The notes under the pieces are model-generated. The model was not told the origin of the DNA and searched no databases. It saw only the letters and a list, made by a program, of their open reading frames with translations. A stretch of DNA of 64,000 nucleotides from an uncultured Verrucomicrobiota bacterium (lineage in GTDB: Bacteria > Verrucomicrobiota > Verrucomicrobiia > CAIQCK01). Positions 56,175 to 64,000 of this stretch are shown piece by piece. The first letter of the stretch is position 1. Every line of letters begins with the position of its first letter. The stretch is taken from NCBI GenBank assembly GCA_964524715.1, contig CAZGGF010000400.1:16964-80963 (forward strand). Reading direction: 5' to 3'. A program made the position numbers and the translations under genes.

Positions 56175-56822
56175 ATGGGTGAGCCAGAGAGCTTGATCTC
56201 CAAACACGGCGGCTACCGCAAGCTAAAGAGTTTTCAGGTGGCACAATTGGCCTATGATGTGACGGTGCGTTTCTGCAACCGCTACATCGAGAAGCGCAGC
56301 CGCACGCACGACCAGATGGTGCAGGCAGCGCGAAGCGGGGTGCAAAACTTCGCCGAGGGCAGCAAAGCCAGCGGCACGTCGAAGAAGATGGAGTTGAAGT
56401 TGACAAATGTGGCGAGGGCGAGTCTGGAAGAGCTGCGGCTGGACTATGAGGATTTCTTGAGGCAGCGCGGGCTGGAAATGTGGAACCGAGAAGACCCGCG
56501 CCGGGCGGAACTGATCGGGCGCCGATGCAACACGGCGGAATCAGTGGCCGCGTGGGTGCGAGAAGTGCATGAGAGAAAGGGGCGTAGTGAACTGCGTGTA
56601 CTCGGCAAACGGAATGAACAGCATAAAGGCGAGACTTTGTCCACAAAGTCCAACTCGTCCACCTATCCAGAGATCGCGGCGAACGCGGCGTTGGTGCTCA
56701 TTGCGGTGGCGTGCGGCCTTCTGGACCGGCAGCTAGCCCCCCAAGCCCAGGCTTTTGTCGAAGAGGGTGGTTTCACGGAGCGGTTGCACCGCGTCCGAAC
56801 TGAAAGGCGACTGCGCGGCTAG
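56175..56822 (+). CDS. Four-helix-bundle (23S rRNA IVS-type) protein with suffix domain
   Basis: It reads YRKLKSFQVAQLAYDVTVRFC...QMVQAARSGVQNFAEGS...ARASLEEL..DYEDFLRQRGL. The likely start is ATG 56175. Confidence 0.8.
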   Translation: MGEPESLISKHGGYRKLKSFQVAQLAYDVTVRFCNRYIEKRSRTHDQMVQAARSGVQNFAEGSKASGTSKKMELKLTNVARASLEELRLDYEDFLRQRGLEMWNREDPRRAELIGRRCNTAESVAAWVREVHERKGRSELRVLGKRNEQHKGETLSTKSNSSTYPEIAANAALVLIAVACGLLDRQLAPQAQAFVEEGGFTERLHRVRTERRLRG

Positions 56823-56832
56823 TAACAGCCGC

Positions 56833-57384
56833 TTACACCACTTCGCGATAGGCGTCGGGATGGGGACGCGGGATGACGACGGCGTTCACAAGTACGCCAC
56901 GGTCGGCGATGAGTTGTTTGCCGGCTTGGACGGCGGCCTGCACGGCGGCAACGTCGCCCGTCATGGTGCAAAACGCCTTGCCGCCGAGCGCCATCGCCAG
57001 ACGGATTTCCATCAACGTCACGTTCGCGGCTTTCGCGGCAGCGTCAGCGGCCTCGAGTAGCGAGACAACGCTGAAAGACTCCAGAATGCCGAGCGCGCCG
57101 CCGGCAGGCGGCACCTGGCTGCGGCCAATGGCCGTGAGCACCTCGGGATGAGGATTCGGCAATACAAACTGGTCAATGAGGCAGCCGTTGGCGGCGGCAG
57201 TTCCAGCGTCTACTGCGCTCTGCACGGCAGCGACGGCGCCGGAGATGGCGACCATGTATTTGCCAGAGCAGATACTGCGCGAGAGGACGATCTGGACGTT
57301 GGCGGCCTTGAGCATGGCGTCGGCCACGGCGAAGCCGGCGGCGACGCTGGTGAGTTCGATGATGCCAATGGATTTCCCGTTCAT
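56833..57384 (-). CDS. pduT: Tandem-BMC-domain shell protein (BMC-T), PduT-like
   Basis: It is 183 aa and colinear with Salmonella PduT. IGIIELTSVAAGFAVADAMLKAANV...SRSICSGKYMV matches [25 protein letters not shown]...SKTICPGKFLL, including the Fe-S ligand Cys. The second BMC repeat is GILESFSVVSLLEAADAAAKAANV and the C-terminal motif is VIPRPH. Confidence 0.9.
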   Translation of the reverse strand: MNGKSIGIIELTSVAAGFAVADAMLKAANVQIVLSRSICSGKYMVAISGAVAAVQSAVDAGTAAANGCLIDQFVLPNPHPEVLTAIGRSQVPPAGGALGILESFSVVSLLEAADAAAKAANVTLMEIRLAMALGGKAFCTMTGDVAAVQAAVQAGKQLIADRGVLVNAVVIPRPHPDAYREVV

Positions 57385-57386
57385 GG

Positions 57387-58700
57387 TTACCTTGTCAAAA
57401 TGATGCGATCGTTGGTCACGTCGGCGACGGTGGCGGCAAACGGTGCGTGGATGATTGCGCCGAGCGCGTCTTTCGGAATCTCGCCCAGCGGCTGGCCAGC
57501 CTTAACCTTGTCGCCTTTCTTCACCAGCGGTTTGTTCGGCGCACCGGCCCCTTGCCGTAACGGCAGGAAAACCTTGCGCGGCTTGAGTTCGATATCGTTC
57601 CACGGCGCGGGGGCGTCAAATTGCTCAACATTGAGCCGCTGAGCAAGCGCCTTGATCGGCACGCGCCGGCCCTCTCGCAATCCGTGCGGCTGGGTGGGCG
57701 CTGTGCCGGTCCATTTGACGTTCGCGGCGCGCATCTCGGCCTTGGAAGCGTCGCACGCTTCCTTGGGGAAAAGCTGTTCCGGGCAGGAGTAGAGCGTGCA
57801 GAGGCCGCACGAACAACAGTTGGCCGCCAACTGGTTCCAGTATTTCCTGTCCGTCGCGGTAAACGCGAGGCTGCGCATGACCTGATGTGGCTCCACTTGA
57901 TAGCCAAGCAGATAGCGCGGGCAAAGCTCGGTGCAGTAGCGGCATTGATCGCAGGCGGACTTGCCGATGCGAGCCTGGATTTCCGCGGGCTTGGTCTTGC
58001 GGCTGGCAACTCGATGGCTGCGCGGCAGGATGACAACGCCGGTGGTGGTCTTGACGATCGGCGTGTCGAGATTGTCGGTCGTCTGGCCCATCATCAAACC
58101 GCCGAGGCAGAGCACCGGATCATCCGTCGTCAGGCCGCCGGCAATCTCAATCACTTCGCGGAAGGTGGTGCCGACCGGAACCGTGAGGGTCATTGGGTTC
58201 TTCACCGCGCCATTGATCGTGAGTATCTTGTGCGTAACCGGCACGCCTTTCGCCGCGGCGGCGATGTTCACAAGGGTCTCGACGTTGTTGACGACCACGC
58301 CAACCTGCAACGGGATGCCTTGCGGCGGGATGAGCCGGCCCGTTACCGAGTAAACCAAATCGTATTCGTCGCCCGCCGGGTAGTAGTCGCCGAGCAGATG
58401 AACGCGGACCGGCGTGCCTTTGCATGCAGCTTGGCAGGCTTCGACGGCGTGCTTTTTCTTACCCTTGATGCCGATCACGCCCTCTTTGGCTCCAACGGCC
58501 TTCATGACCAACTGGATGCCAGCGACTACGTCCGCCGCACGGCGTTCCATAATGACCGCGTCCTTGTGCAGTAAAGGCTCGCACTCAGCTCCGTTGGCGA
58601 TAACGGTGTCGGCTTTGCCACCCAGTTTGACGTGCGTCGGGAAACCGCCACCGCCCGCACCGACCACGCCGGCCTGTTTTACCTGTTCTACCAAGCTCAT
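57387..58700 (-). CDS. pduS: PduS/RnfC-like flavo-iron-sulfur oxidoreductase
   Basis: It has GVVGAGGGGFPTHVKL (RnfC/51K-type nucleotide/FMN motif), an SLBB-like region and two ferredoxin motifs (CDQCRYCTELCP, CCSCGLCTLYSCP). The C-terminus is a barrel-sandwich-like domain (KKGDKVKAGQPLGEI). It ends 2 nt before pduT. Confidence 0.8.
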   Translation of the reverse strand: MSLVEQVKQAGVVGAGGGGFPTHVKLGGKADTVIANGAECEPLLHKDAVIMERRAADVVAGIQLVMKAVGAKEGVIGIKGKKKHAVEACQAACKGTPVRVHLLGDYYPAGDEYDLVYSVTGRLIPPQGIPLQVGVVVNNVETLVNIAAAAKGVPVTHKILTINGAVKNPMTLTVPVGTTFREVIEIAGGLTTDDPVLCLGGLMMGQTTDNLDTPIVKTTTGVVILPRSHRVASRKTKPAEIQARIGKSACDQCRYCTELCPRYLLGYQVEPHQVMRSLAFTATDRKYWNQLAANCCSCGLCTLYSCPEQLFPKEACDASKAEMRAANVKWTGTAPTQPHGLREGRRVPIKALAQRLNVEQFDAPAPWNDIELKPRKVFLPLRQGAGAPNKPLVKKGDKVKAGQPLGEIPKDALGAIIHAPFAATVADVTNDRIILTR

Positions 58701-58870
58701 GGGGCCGGATGCTACCGTGAACCCGGCGATATTTCAACGATGACCATGATCCAAAAGCTGATTATCCATGTAATTCGCTGCGTAAATAGCTCTGGATAGC
58801 GCAAGAAAGGTGGCAAAACACCCCTAAATCGTCGGTTTGCTGGCGATTGTTAGTGCTGTATACACAAGAT

Positions 58871-58886
58871 GTTACACGTTTGTAAC
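58871..58886. promoter_or_regulatory. Palindrome GTTACAcgttTGTAAC in an AT-rich divergent promoter region
   Basis: The arms are 6 bp with a 4-bp spacer, and a second palindrome ACGTTtgtAACGT overlaps it. It lies between pduS (-) and the DUF2934 genes (+). Confidence 0.25.
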
Positions 58887-58986
58887 GTGCGAAGCTTGCA
58901 TTCAGGTGGTTTCCAAGTATGCTTGTCCGTCTTTACCCGGTTCATTAGAGGGAACCGATGACTAAGGATAAGTAGATTTGCAGATT

Positions 58987-59301
58987 ATGACCATAGAAAG
59001 AGAAGAGAAAATGAACAACCTGAATCCAACGACAAGGGATTCGAAGCGCGCCAAGCGAGCCAAGGCGAGCCGCAAGCCACAAGCTGAACACGAAACAGAG
59101 CAGTGGCTGCGGTCCATCGAACACGGCTTGATCTGCCGGCGCGCAAGAGAGATTTTCGTAGAACGCGGCTCCAAACCCGGTCAAGACCTCGATAACTGGC
59201 TCAAGGCCGAGGCGGAAGTGAAGCGGACGCTCGAAGAAGCCGAGCGGACGCTGAACTCGGACTCTGTCGCGAACGGTTCGGGACTGAACGGAAACAACTA
59301 A
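58987..59301 (+). CDS. DUF2934-domain small protein
   Basis: LICRRAREIFVERGSKPGQDLDNWLKAEAEV matches the DUF2934 pattern (IA.RAYE....RG...G.D..DWL.AE.EL). The start is uncertain (58987 or 59011). Confidence 0.6.
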   Translation: MTIEREEKMNNLNPTTRDSKRAKRAKASRKPQAEHETEQWLRSIEHGLICRRAREIFVERGSKPGQDLDNWLKAEAEVKRTLEEAERTLNSDSVANGSGLNGNN

Positions 59302-59312
59302 GGAGAACCGAT

Positions 59313-59795
59313 ATGATTCACCTGACACACGATCAGATCGCCAAACGAGCCTATGAGATTTATCTCCGTTCCGGCTCGTTGCCCGGACGCGATGAGGAGA
59401 ACTGGCTTGCTGCCGAGATCGAACTAAAACGCGATATCGAAGCCGCCCACGCAGTCACCACACCCAAGCCGAATGGCCACTCTTCGATTCAGCCGCAGGT
59501 GAAGGTGCAAGCGCCGCCACCGTTGATCAAGCCGGTTCCGCCCGTTGTGGCGAAGCCAGTGACGAGTGCCCCTGCCTGCGGTTGCACACCGCTGCCGGTT
59601 GCGAAAGCAAAGCCGGGTGCCACTCCCCCGCTTCAGCCGCGGGTGAAGGTGCAAGCGCCGCCACCGTTGGTCACGCCGGTTCCACCCGTCGTGGTAAAGC
59701 CAGCCGTGAGCGCCACTGCCTGTGGTTGCGCGCCGCCGCCGGCTCCAAAAGCCAAGCTGGTGCCGCGCGTCCGCAAGGCCAAGGCACGGCAGTAA
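59313..59795 (+). CDS. DUF2934-domain protein with duplicated Pro-rich Cys-Gly-Cys module
   Basis: The N-terminus is IAKRAYEIYLRSGSLPGRDEENWLAAEIEL. It is followed by two 48-aa repeats, QP.VKVQAPPPL..PVPPVV.KP..SA.ACGC.P.P. An aaggag SD is present. Confidence 0.7.
   Translation: MIHLTHDQIAKRAYEIYLRSGSLPGRDEENWLAAEIELKRDIEAAHAVTTPKPNGHSSIQPQVKVQAPPPLIKPVPPVVAKPVTSAPACGCTPLPVAKAKPGATPPLQPRVKVQAPPPLVTPVPPVVVKPAVSATACGCAPPPAPKAKLVPRVRKAKARQ
59490..59777. repeat. Two tandem ~144-bp units inside the second DUF2934 gene
   Basis: The units start at 59490 and 59634 with cagccgc(a/g)ggtgaaggtgcaagcgccgccaccgttg. Confidence 0.8.
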
Positions 59796-59910
59796 TAGGC
59801 CTCGGGCACAGCCTTTCAGGCTGACGGCCAAACATCACGCAAGGATGGCGCGCTTTCGAGCACGCGACAGATGAGGTGTACCCATGCGTCGGCGACCAAT
59901 CCGATTCGTC

Positions 59911-61167
59911 TTACGACTCCGGGCCTTGGTCTTCGCCGGGTTTGACTACAGTCTCCACGGTGACCTCGCCCCCCTTGAAGTGAAACCGCTCCAGCGTTGC
60001 GCCGTCGAGACCGAGTTGGACCAGCGCCTCCACGTCAAGGGCGGACTCAGCCTGGGCCACGCTGTCGAGTTCCGAGAAGATCACAGGATGCTTCGGCATG
60101 AATAACGGACAACAGTCCTCAAACTTCTGCGACGATATCTCGCAAGTGCCAAGCCGCCGCGCCATCGCGATGATCTCCTCCTTGTCAAAACCGATGAGGG
60201 GCCGGTAGAGCGGCAGATGCGCAACCTCGCCCACTGTTCGCAAGTTGTGCAGCGTCTGCGACGCGACCTGCGCAAGGCTGTCGCCGGTGACCAGACCGAG
60301 ACATCTCTTGCGCAATGCCAGCCGTTCCGCAATTCGCAGCATCATTCGCCGGTAGAGAATGATCCGGAACTCCGATGGCGCTTTCGCGACGATGTGCCGC
60401 TGGATCTCCTCGAACGGCACCAGCCACAACTGCGAGCCGAACTGCCACGGCGTCAGACGCCGCGCCAGTTCACAAGCCACCGGCGCCGATGATTCCCCCG
60501 CGCGCTCGGGCGTCGCGTAGAAATGCGTAAAGTGAACCTTTGCGCCGCGCTTCATCATATACCATGCCGCCACCACCGAATCGAAGCCGCCACTGAGCAG
60601 GCACATCAACCGTCCTGCCGTGCCGCATGGCATTCCGCCCGGCCCCGACACCTTGTCCACCGCCACGAGCACCACCCCGCTGGTGATCTCCACCAAACAC
60701 GTCCGCTCCGGCGCATCAAGATTCACTCCCACCTGCGGTCCAAACTTCTCGCGTGCCCGCGCCAGCAACATGCCGCCGAGCTTGCGCTCCACCTCCAGCG
60801 AGTTCATCGGGTAGTTCTTATCCGCCCGCTTCACGCGCACTGCAAAAGACTTGAACGCCCGCTCGCCCAACATTCCCCACGCCACGTCGGCGATCTGTTC
60901 CAATTCGCGTCCCGCCTCACGTGCCACTGCCAGGTTCGCAACGCCGAATACGCGTTGGATGCGTTCGATGATCGGCTCCACCGGTGCATCGTCCTTCAGC
61001 CAGACCGCAATACGCCCGTCGGGGTGCACGATCTTCTCCACCGGCTGTCCTTCCAACGCCGCTGCCAGGTTGTCCTTCAGCCGCCCGACGAAGAAACCGC
61101 GGTTGCCCGCCTTGAGGGCGATCTCGTGATAATGAATCAGTAACGCTTGTCGCATCGCCATCATCAT
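59911..61167 (-). CDS. thiI: tRNA 4-thiouridine synthase / sulfur carrier ThiI
   Basis: It has HYHEIALKAGNR (ferredoxin-like/THUMP N-terminus) and the PP-loop LLSGGFDS. No rhodanese domain is present. Confidence 0.9.
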   Translation of the reverse strand: MMMAMRQALLIHYHEIALKAGNRGFFVGRLKDNLAAALEGQPVEKIVHPDGRIAVWLKDDAPVEPIIERIQRVFGVANLAVAREAGRELEQIADVAWGMLGERAFKSFAVRVKRADKNYPMNSLEVERKLGGMLLARAREKFGPQVGVNLDAPERTCLVEITSGVVLVAVDKVSGPGGMPCGTAGRLMCLLSGGFDSVVAAWYMMKRGAKVHFTHFYATPERAGESSAPVACELARRLTPWQFGSQLWLVPFEEIQRHIVAKAPSEFRIILYRRMMLRIAERLALRKRCLGLVTGDSLAQVASQTLHNLRTVGEVAHLPLYRPLIGFDKEEIIAMARRLGTCEISSQKFEDCCPLFMPKHPVIFSELDSVAQAESALDVEALVQLGLDGATLERFHFKGGEVTVETVVKPGEDQGPES

Positions 61168-61261
61168 TCACTCCACCGCCGCCAACGGCAAGCGAAGTTT
61201 GCACGTGACGTAATTTTTCGGGTGCTTTCATACCTTTCAAAGTGGTAGATATATCCCTGCT

Positions 61262-62626
61262 ATGAACAAGAACACCTCCCGCCCCAGCCTCTCCCTCCAT
61301 CGCCGCGATTTCCTCCGCTCGACCGCTGCGCTCGCCGCGGCGTTCGGTGCGCCGTATATCATGCCGGCGTCCGTCTTCGGCAACAACTCGCCGAGCAACC
61401 GCATCAATCTCGGCATCGTCGGCTGCGGCAACCAGAGCACCGTGGACATCCCCGAGTGGCTCAAGAACGACGACTGTCAGATCGTCACCGTCTGCGACGT
61501 CAACCGCGCCAGCCACGGCTATCGCGATGAGAAACAGTTCCTCGGACGCGAGCCGCAGCGGGATTTCATCAACAAGTTCTACGCCAAGAAGACCGGCAAC
61601 GATTCCTTCAAAGGCTGCGATGCCTGCATCGATTTCCGCGAGGTGCTCGCCCGCAAGGACGTGGACGCCGTCGCCATCATCACGCCGGACCATTGGCACG
61701 CGGTGATGACGAACATGGCGGCGGCAGCCGGCAAGGACATCTATTGCCAGAAGCCGCTCACGCTCACCGTCCACGACGGACGGGAGATGATCCAGGCCGT
61801 TCGCAAACACAAGCGCGTTCTCCAGTGCGGCAGCCAGTGGCGTTCCAACGCCATGATGCGCCATGCGTGCGAACTGGTTCGCAACGGCCGCCTCGGCAAA
61901 ATCAAGCGCATCGAAACGTTCGTCGCCCTGAACAACTTCACCGGCCCCGGCCCCGGCTGGCAACCGATGCCCGTGCCGGAGGGATTCGACTACAATTTCT
62001 GGCTCGGCCCCGCGCCACAAGCGCCTTATCACAAGGACCGTTGCTTCTATCGCTTCCGGTTCATCTTCGACTACTCCGGCGGCCAGACCACCAACTTCGG
62101 CCACCACTCCAACGGCATCGTCCAGTGGGCGCTGGGCGATGACGCCATGCCCGTCGAATATGAGGACACGGGCGCCGAATTCCCGGCGAAGGGCGACCTT
62201 TTCAACACACCGACCAAGGTTTCCTTCCGCGCCCGCTACGCGAGCGGCGTCGAGCTGGATTGCCATTCAGACAAACGGGCCTTCGGCGTGCGTTTCGAGG
62301 GCAGTGACGGCTGGCTGGAGATCAGTTCCCGCAAACTCCAAAGCAATCCCGAGTCGCTCAAGGATTCCGTCATCGGCGAAAACGAGAAGCACCTCCCCGT
62401 CAGCCCGAACCACCAGCGCAACTTCCTCGATTGTGTGAAGTCGCGCAAGGACGGGGTCGAGCCGGTGGAGGCGGGCCACCGCACTTCGGCTCTCTGCCAC
62501 CTCGGCAACATTGCGATGGTCCTGAAGCGCAAGATCAAGTTCGACCCGCAGGCGGAGCAGATTGTCGGTGACGACGAAGCCAATAAAATGCTCAGCCGCC
62601 CGTTGCGCGGCCCGTGGCATTACTGA
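61262..62626 (+). CDS. Gfo/Idh/MocA-family oxidoreductase with TAT signal
   Basis: It reads HRRDFLRSTAALAAAFGA, then INLGIVGCGNQ (Rossmann), then TPDHWH and CQKPL. Confidence 0.9.
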   Translation: MNKNTSRPSLSLHRRDFLRSTAALAAAFGAPYIMPASVFGNNSPSNRINLGIVGCGNQSTVDIPEWLKNDDCQIVTVCDVNRASHGYRDEKQFLGREPQRDFINKFYAKKTGNDSFKGCDACIDFREVLARKDVDAVAIITPDHWHAVMTNMAAAAGKDIYCQKPLTLTVHDGREMIQAVRKHKRVLQCGSQWRSNAMMRHACELVRNGRLGKIKRIETFVALNNFTGPGPGWQPMPVPEGFDYNFWLGPAPQAPYHKDRCFYRFRFIFDYSGGQTTNFGHHSNGIVQWALGDDAMPVEYEDTGAEFPAKGDLFNTPTKVSFRARYASGVELDCHSDKRAFGVRFEGSDGWLEISSRKLQSNPESLKDSVIGENEKHLPVSPNHQRNFLDCVKSRKDGVEPVEAGHRTSALCHLGNIAMVLKRKIKFDPQAEQIVGDDEANKMLSRPLRGPWHY

Positions 62627-62652
62627 TATTCTGGTTGCAGCTAATAACAGAC

Positions 62653-63939
62653 ATGGACAACTTGATCGTTGCGCTTCTTAACACGCTTCTCGGCATCACT
62701 GTCGTTGTCACCGGTGTCGCGGCCCTCATTGGGTCGCGCAGGCGAAAGGCAACGAAGTTCAAGGGTCCGTTCGTCACGCACACCAAACCGAAGGACTTCG
62801 ACTGGCTGCCGCCGCAGAACCTCGACGACACGTCAGCCACTGGCAAGGTGTCCACATTCCCCGAAACGTCCATCCCCTCCGCCACAGGCAAGACCACAGT
62901 CATTCTGCCGCCACCCGCCGCTGAAGAACCGCCATCGTCGCCGTTCAAGGTCATGGAGCCGCTCGCAACGACTGTGGAACCACCCGTCCAGCATGTCGAA
63001 TTGCCCCAGAAGACAACCGTGCTGGCAGAGAAACCGGCTCCCGAGTCCATTGCCGTACCCGAACTGCCGCCTGCTCAACCCGAGCCCCCTGCCCCAGTCG
63101 TTGTTGCAGAGGAAAAGAAGCCCGTTGTTGCTGAAACGGTCAAGGTCCCGTCTGAACTTCCTGTGCCAGAACCTCCGGCACCGGAGCCTTTCGTGTCCGA
63201 GCCGCCACCCGTTCAACCCGAGCCCCCTGCCCCAATCATTGTCGCAGAGGAAGAAGAGCCCGTCGTCGTTGAAACGGTCAAGGCCGCGTCCGAACCTCCA
63301 GTATCCGAACCTCCTTCGCCAGAACCTTCCGCGCCCGAATCTCCAGCGCCAATCGCTGCCGCCGCCGTCGAACCGCAAGAACCTGGCATCGTCTCCGAAC
63401 CCACCCCACCGCCCGCGCCTCCCGCGCCGGGGCCAGCACCAGCCACCACGACCGATGCCGGGAGCGTACACAACTCCATTGACCAGATCGAACAGCGGCT
63501 CGAGTTCGCGCGAGAGATGGGCGACCGTCACAACGAGGCGGATGCGCTGGCAGACCTTGGCGCCGCGCACTTGACCGCCAACGCTTTCCGCAAATCGATC
63601 GCCGCCCTCGAACAGGCGCTGGCCATCTACCGTGAACTTCATGATCGGCAGGGAGAAGCCGACGCCCTTGGCAATCTTGGCCTGGCTCACGAAGCGCACG
63701 GCGATCTGTTCGAACCGATCGAGCTATTTGAACAAGCCCTGCTCATCTACCGCGACATTGGCGACCGTCGTGGTGAGGCCAACGCCCTCTGGATTTCATC
63801 CCTGACCTTCAACAAGCTCGGCAACCGTTCCGCTGCCGTCTCCAGTGCCGAAACCGCGCTGAGGATTTTTGAGGAGCTCTCCGACCCCACCGCCACCACC
63901 GTCCGCACCCAGCTCGCCGATTGGCGCGCGACCACGTAG
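62653..63939 (+). CDS. Membrane-anchored Pro/Glu-rich repeat protein with C-terminal TPR domain
   Basis: It has an N-terminal TM segment (LLNTLLGITVVVTGVAALIG) and a duplicated module QPEPPAP..VAEE..PVV.ETVK..SE.PV.EPP.PEP. The C-terminal TPR_12-like repeats read GDR..EA.AL..LG.A. The likely start is ATG 62653. Confidence 0.8.
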   Translation: MDNLIVALLNTLLGITVVVTGVAALIGSRRRKATKFKGPFVTHTKPKDFDWLPPQNLDDTSATGKVSTFPETSIPSATGKTTVILPPPAAEEPPSSPFKVMEPLATTVEPPVQHVELPQKTTVLAEKPAPESIAVPELPPAQPEPPAPVVVAEEKKPVVAETVKVPSELPVPEPPAPEPFVSEPPPVQPEPPAPIIVAEEEEPVVVETVKAASEPPVSEPPSPEPSAPESPAPIAAAAVEPQEPGIVSEPTPPPAPPAPGPAPATTTDAGSVHNSIDQIEQRLEFAREMGDRHNEADALADLGAAHLTANAFRKSIAALEQALAIYRELHDRQGEADALGNLGLAHEAHGDLFEPIELFEQALLIYRDIGDRRGEANALWISSLTFNKLGNRSAAVSSAETALRIFEELSDPTATTVRTQLADWRATT

Positions 63940-64000
63940 CCTGCAACACGCTCCAAACACGCGAGCATGAAACTCGCATCCAAAACCCTTGCCGCAGTCG

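Noticed and set aside
1-64000. Window-wide look for CRISPR arrays, rRNA/tRNA genes, transposases/integrases, prophage genes and toxin-antitoxin pairs
   Set aside because: I recognised none. The only defence-related trace is the hsdM stub, and the only repeats are the intragenic tandem repeats and short elements listed above.

Overview
High-GC (by eye) chromosomal segment. The gene content looks like a PVC-group heterotroph (Verrucomicrobiota/Planctomycetota-like). This placement is an inference from a PEP-CTERM protein, Cys-type sulfatase plus FGE, GH127, heparinase II/III, a TAT-signal Gfo/Idh/MocA enzyme, a pseudopilin-like fragment and four-helix-bundle IVS-type proteins. I can support about 50 protein genes. 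I saw no rRNA, tRNA, CRISPR array, transposase or integrase. Recognisable blocks, in order: (1) a decayed hsdM stub, then a fused membrane/spermidine-synthase protein and a YkgJ/FliB-like Cys-cluster protein; (2) amidohydrolase and heparinase II/III; (3) TPR, PEP-CTERM, M48 and yajD; (4) galE, a HAD hydrolase and an MscK-like channel; (5) a secreted Pro/Gly/Gln tandem-repeat protein; (6) an OmpR/HK pair divergent from a six-gene secreted sulfo-ester operon (FGE-PEBP fusion, two ASST-like propellers, sulfatase, metallophosphoesterase, DUF1566); (7) gcvT-H-PA-PB; (8) Lon-N, LptF/G and PDZ; (9) an ebo-like cluster (UbiA, AP-superfamily, TIM barrel, EboE-like); (10) a PQQ propeller; (11) a DUF350-DUF1190-GspS-like-DUF4178 module; (12) M28, GH127 and an alpha/beta hydrolase; (13) an orphan PduS/PduT microcompartment electron-transfer pair; (14) two DUF2934 proteins; (15) thiI, Gfo/Idh/MocA and a Pro-rich TPR protein. 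The most interesting items are these. First, an unannotated 55-codon membrane protein has an in-frame UGA at a conserved Cys position and a SECIS-like hairpin, making it a candidate selenoprotein. Second, the sulfo-ester operon products all carry related Gly/Arg/Lys/Asp low-complexity segments. Third, the ebo-like cluster is incomplete. Fourth, the PduS/PduT pair has no shell or core genes nearby. All family assignments come from motif recognition by eye and need HMM/BLAST confirmation.
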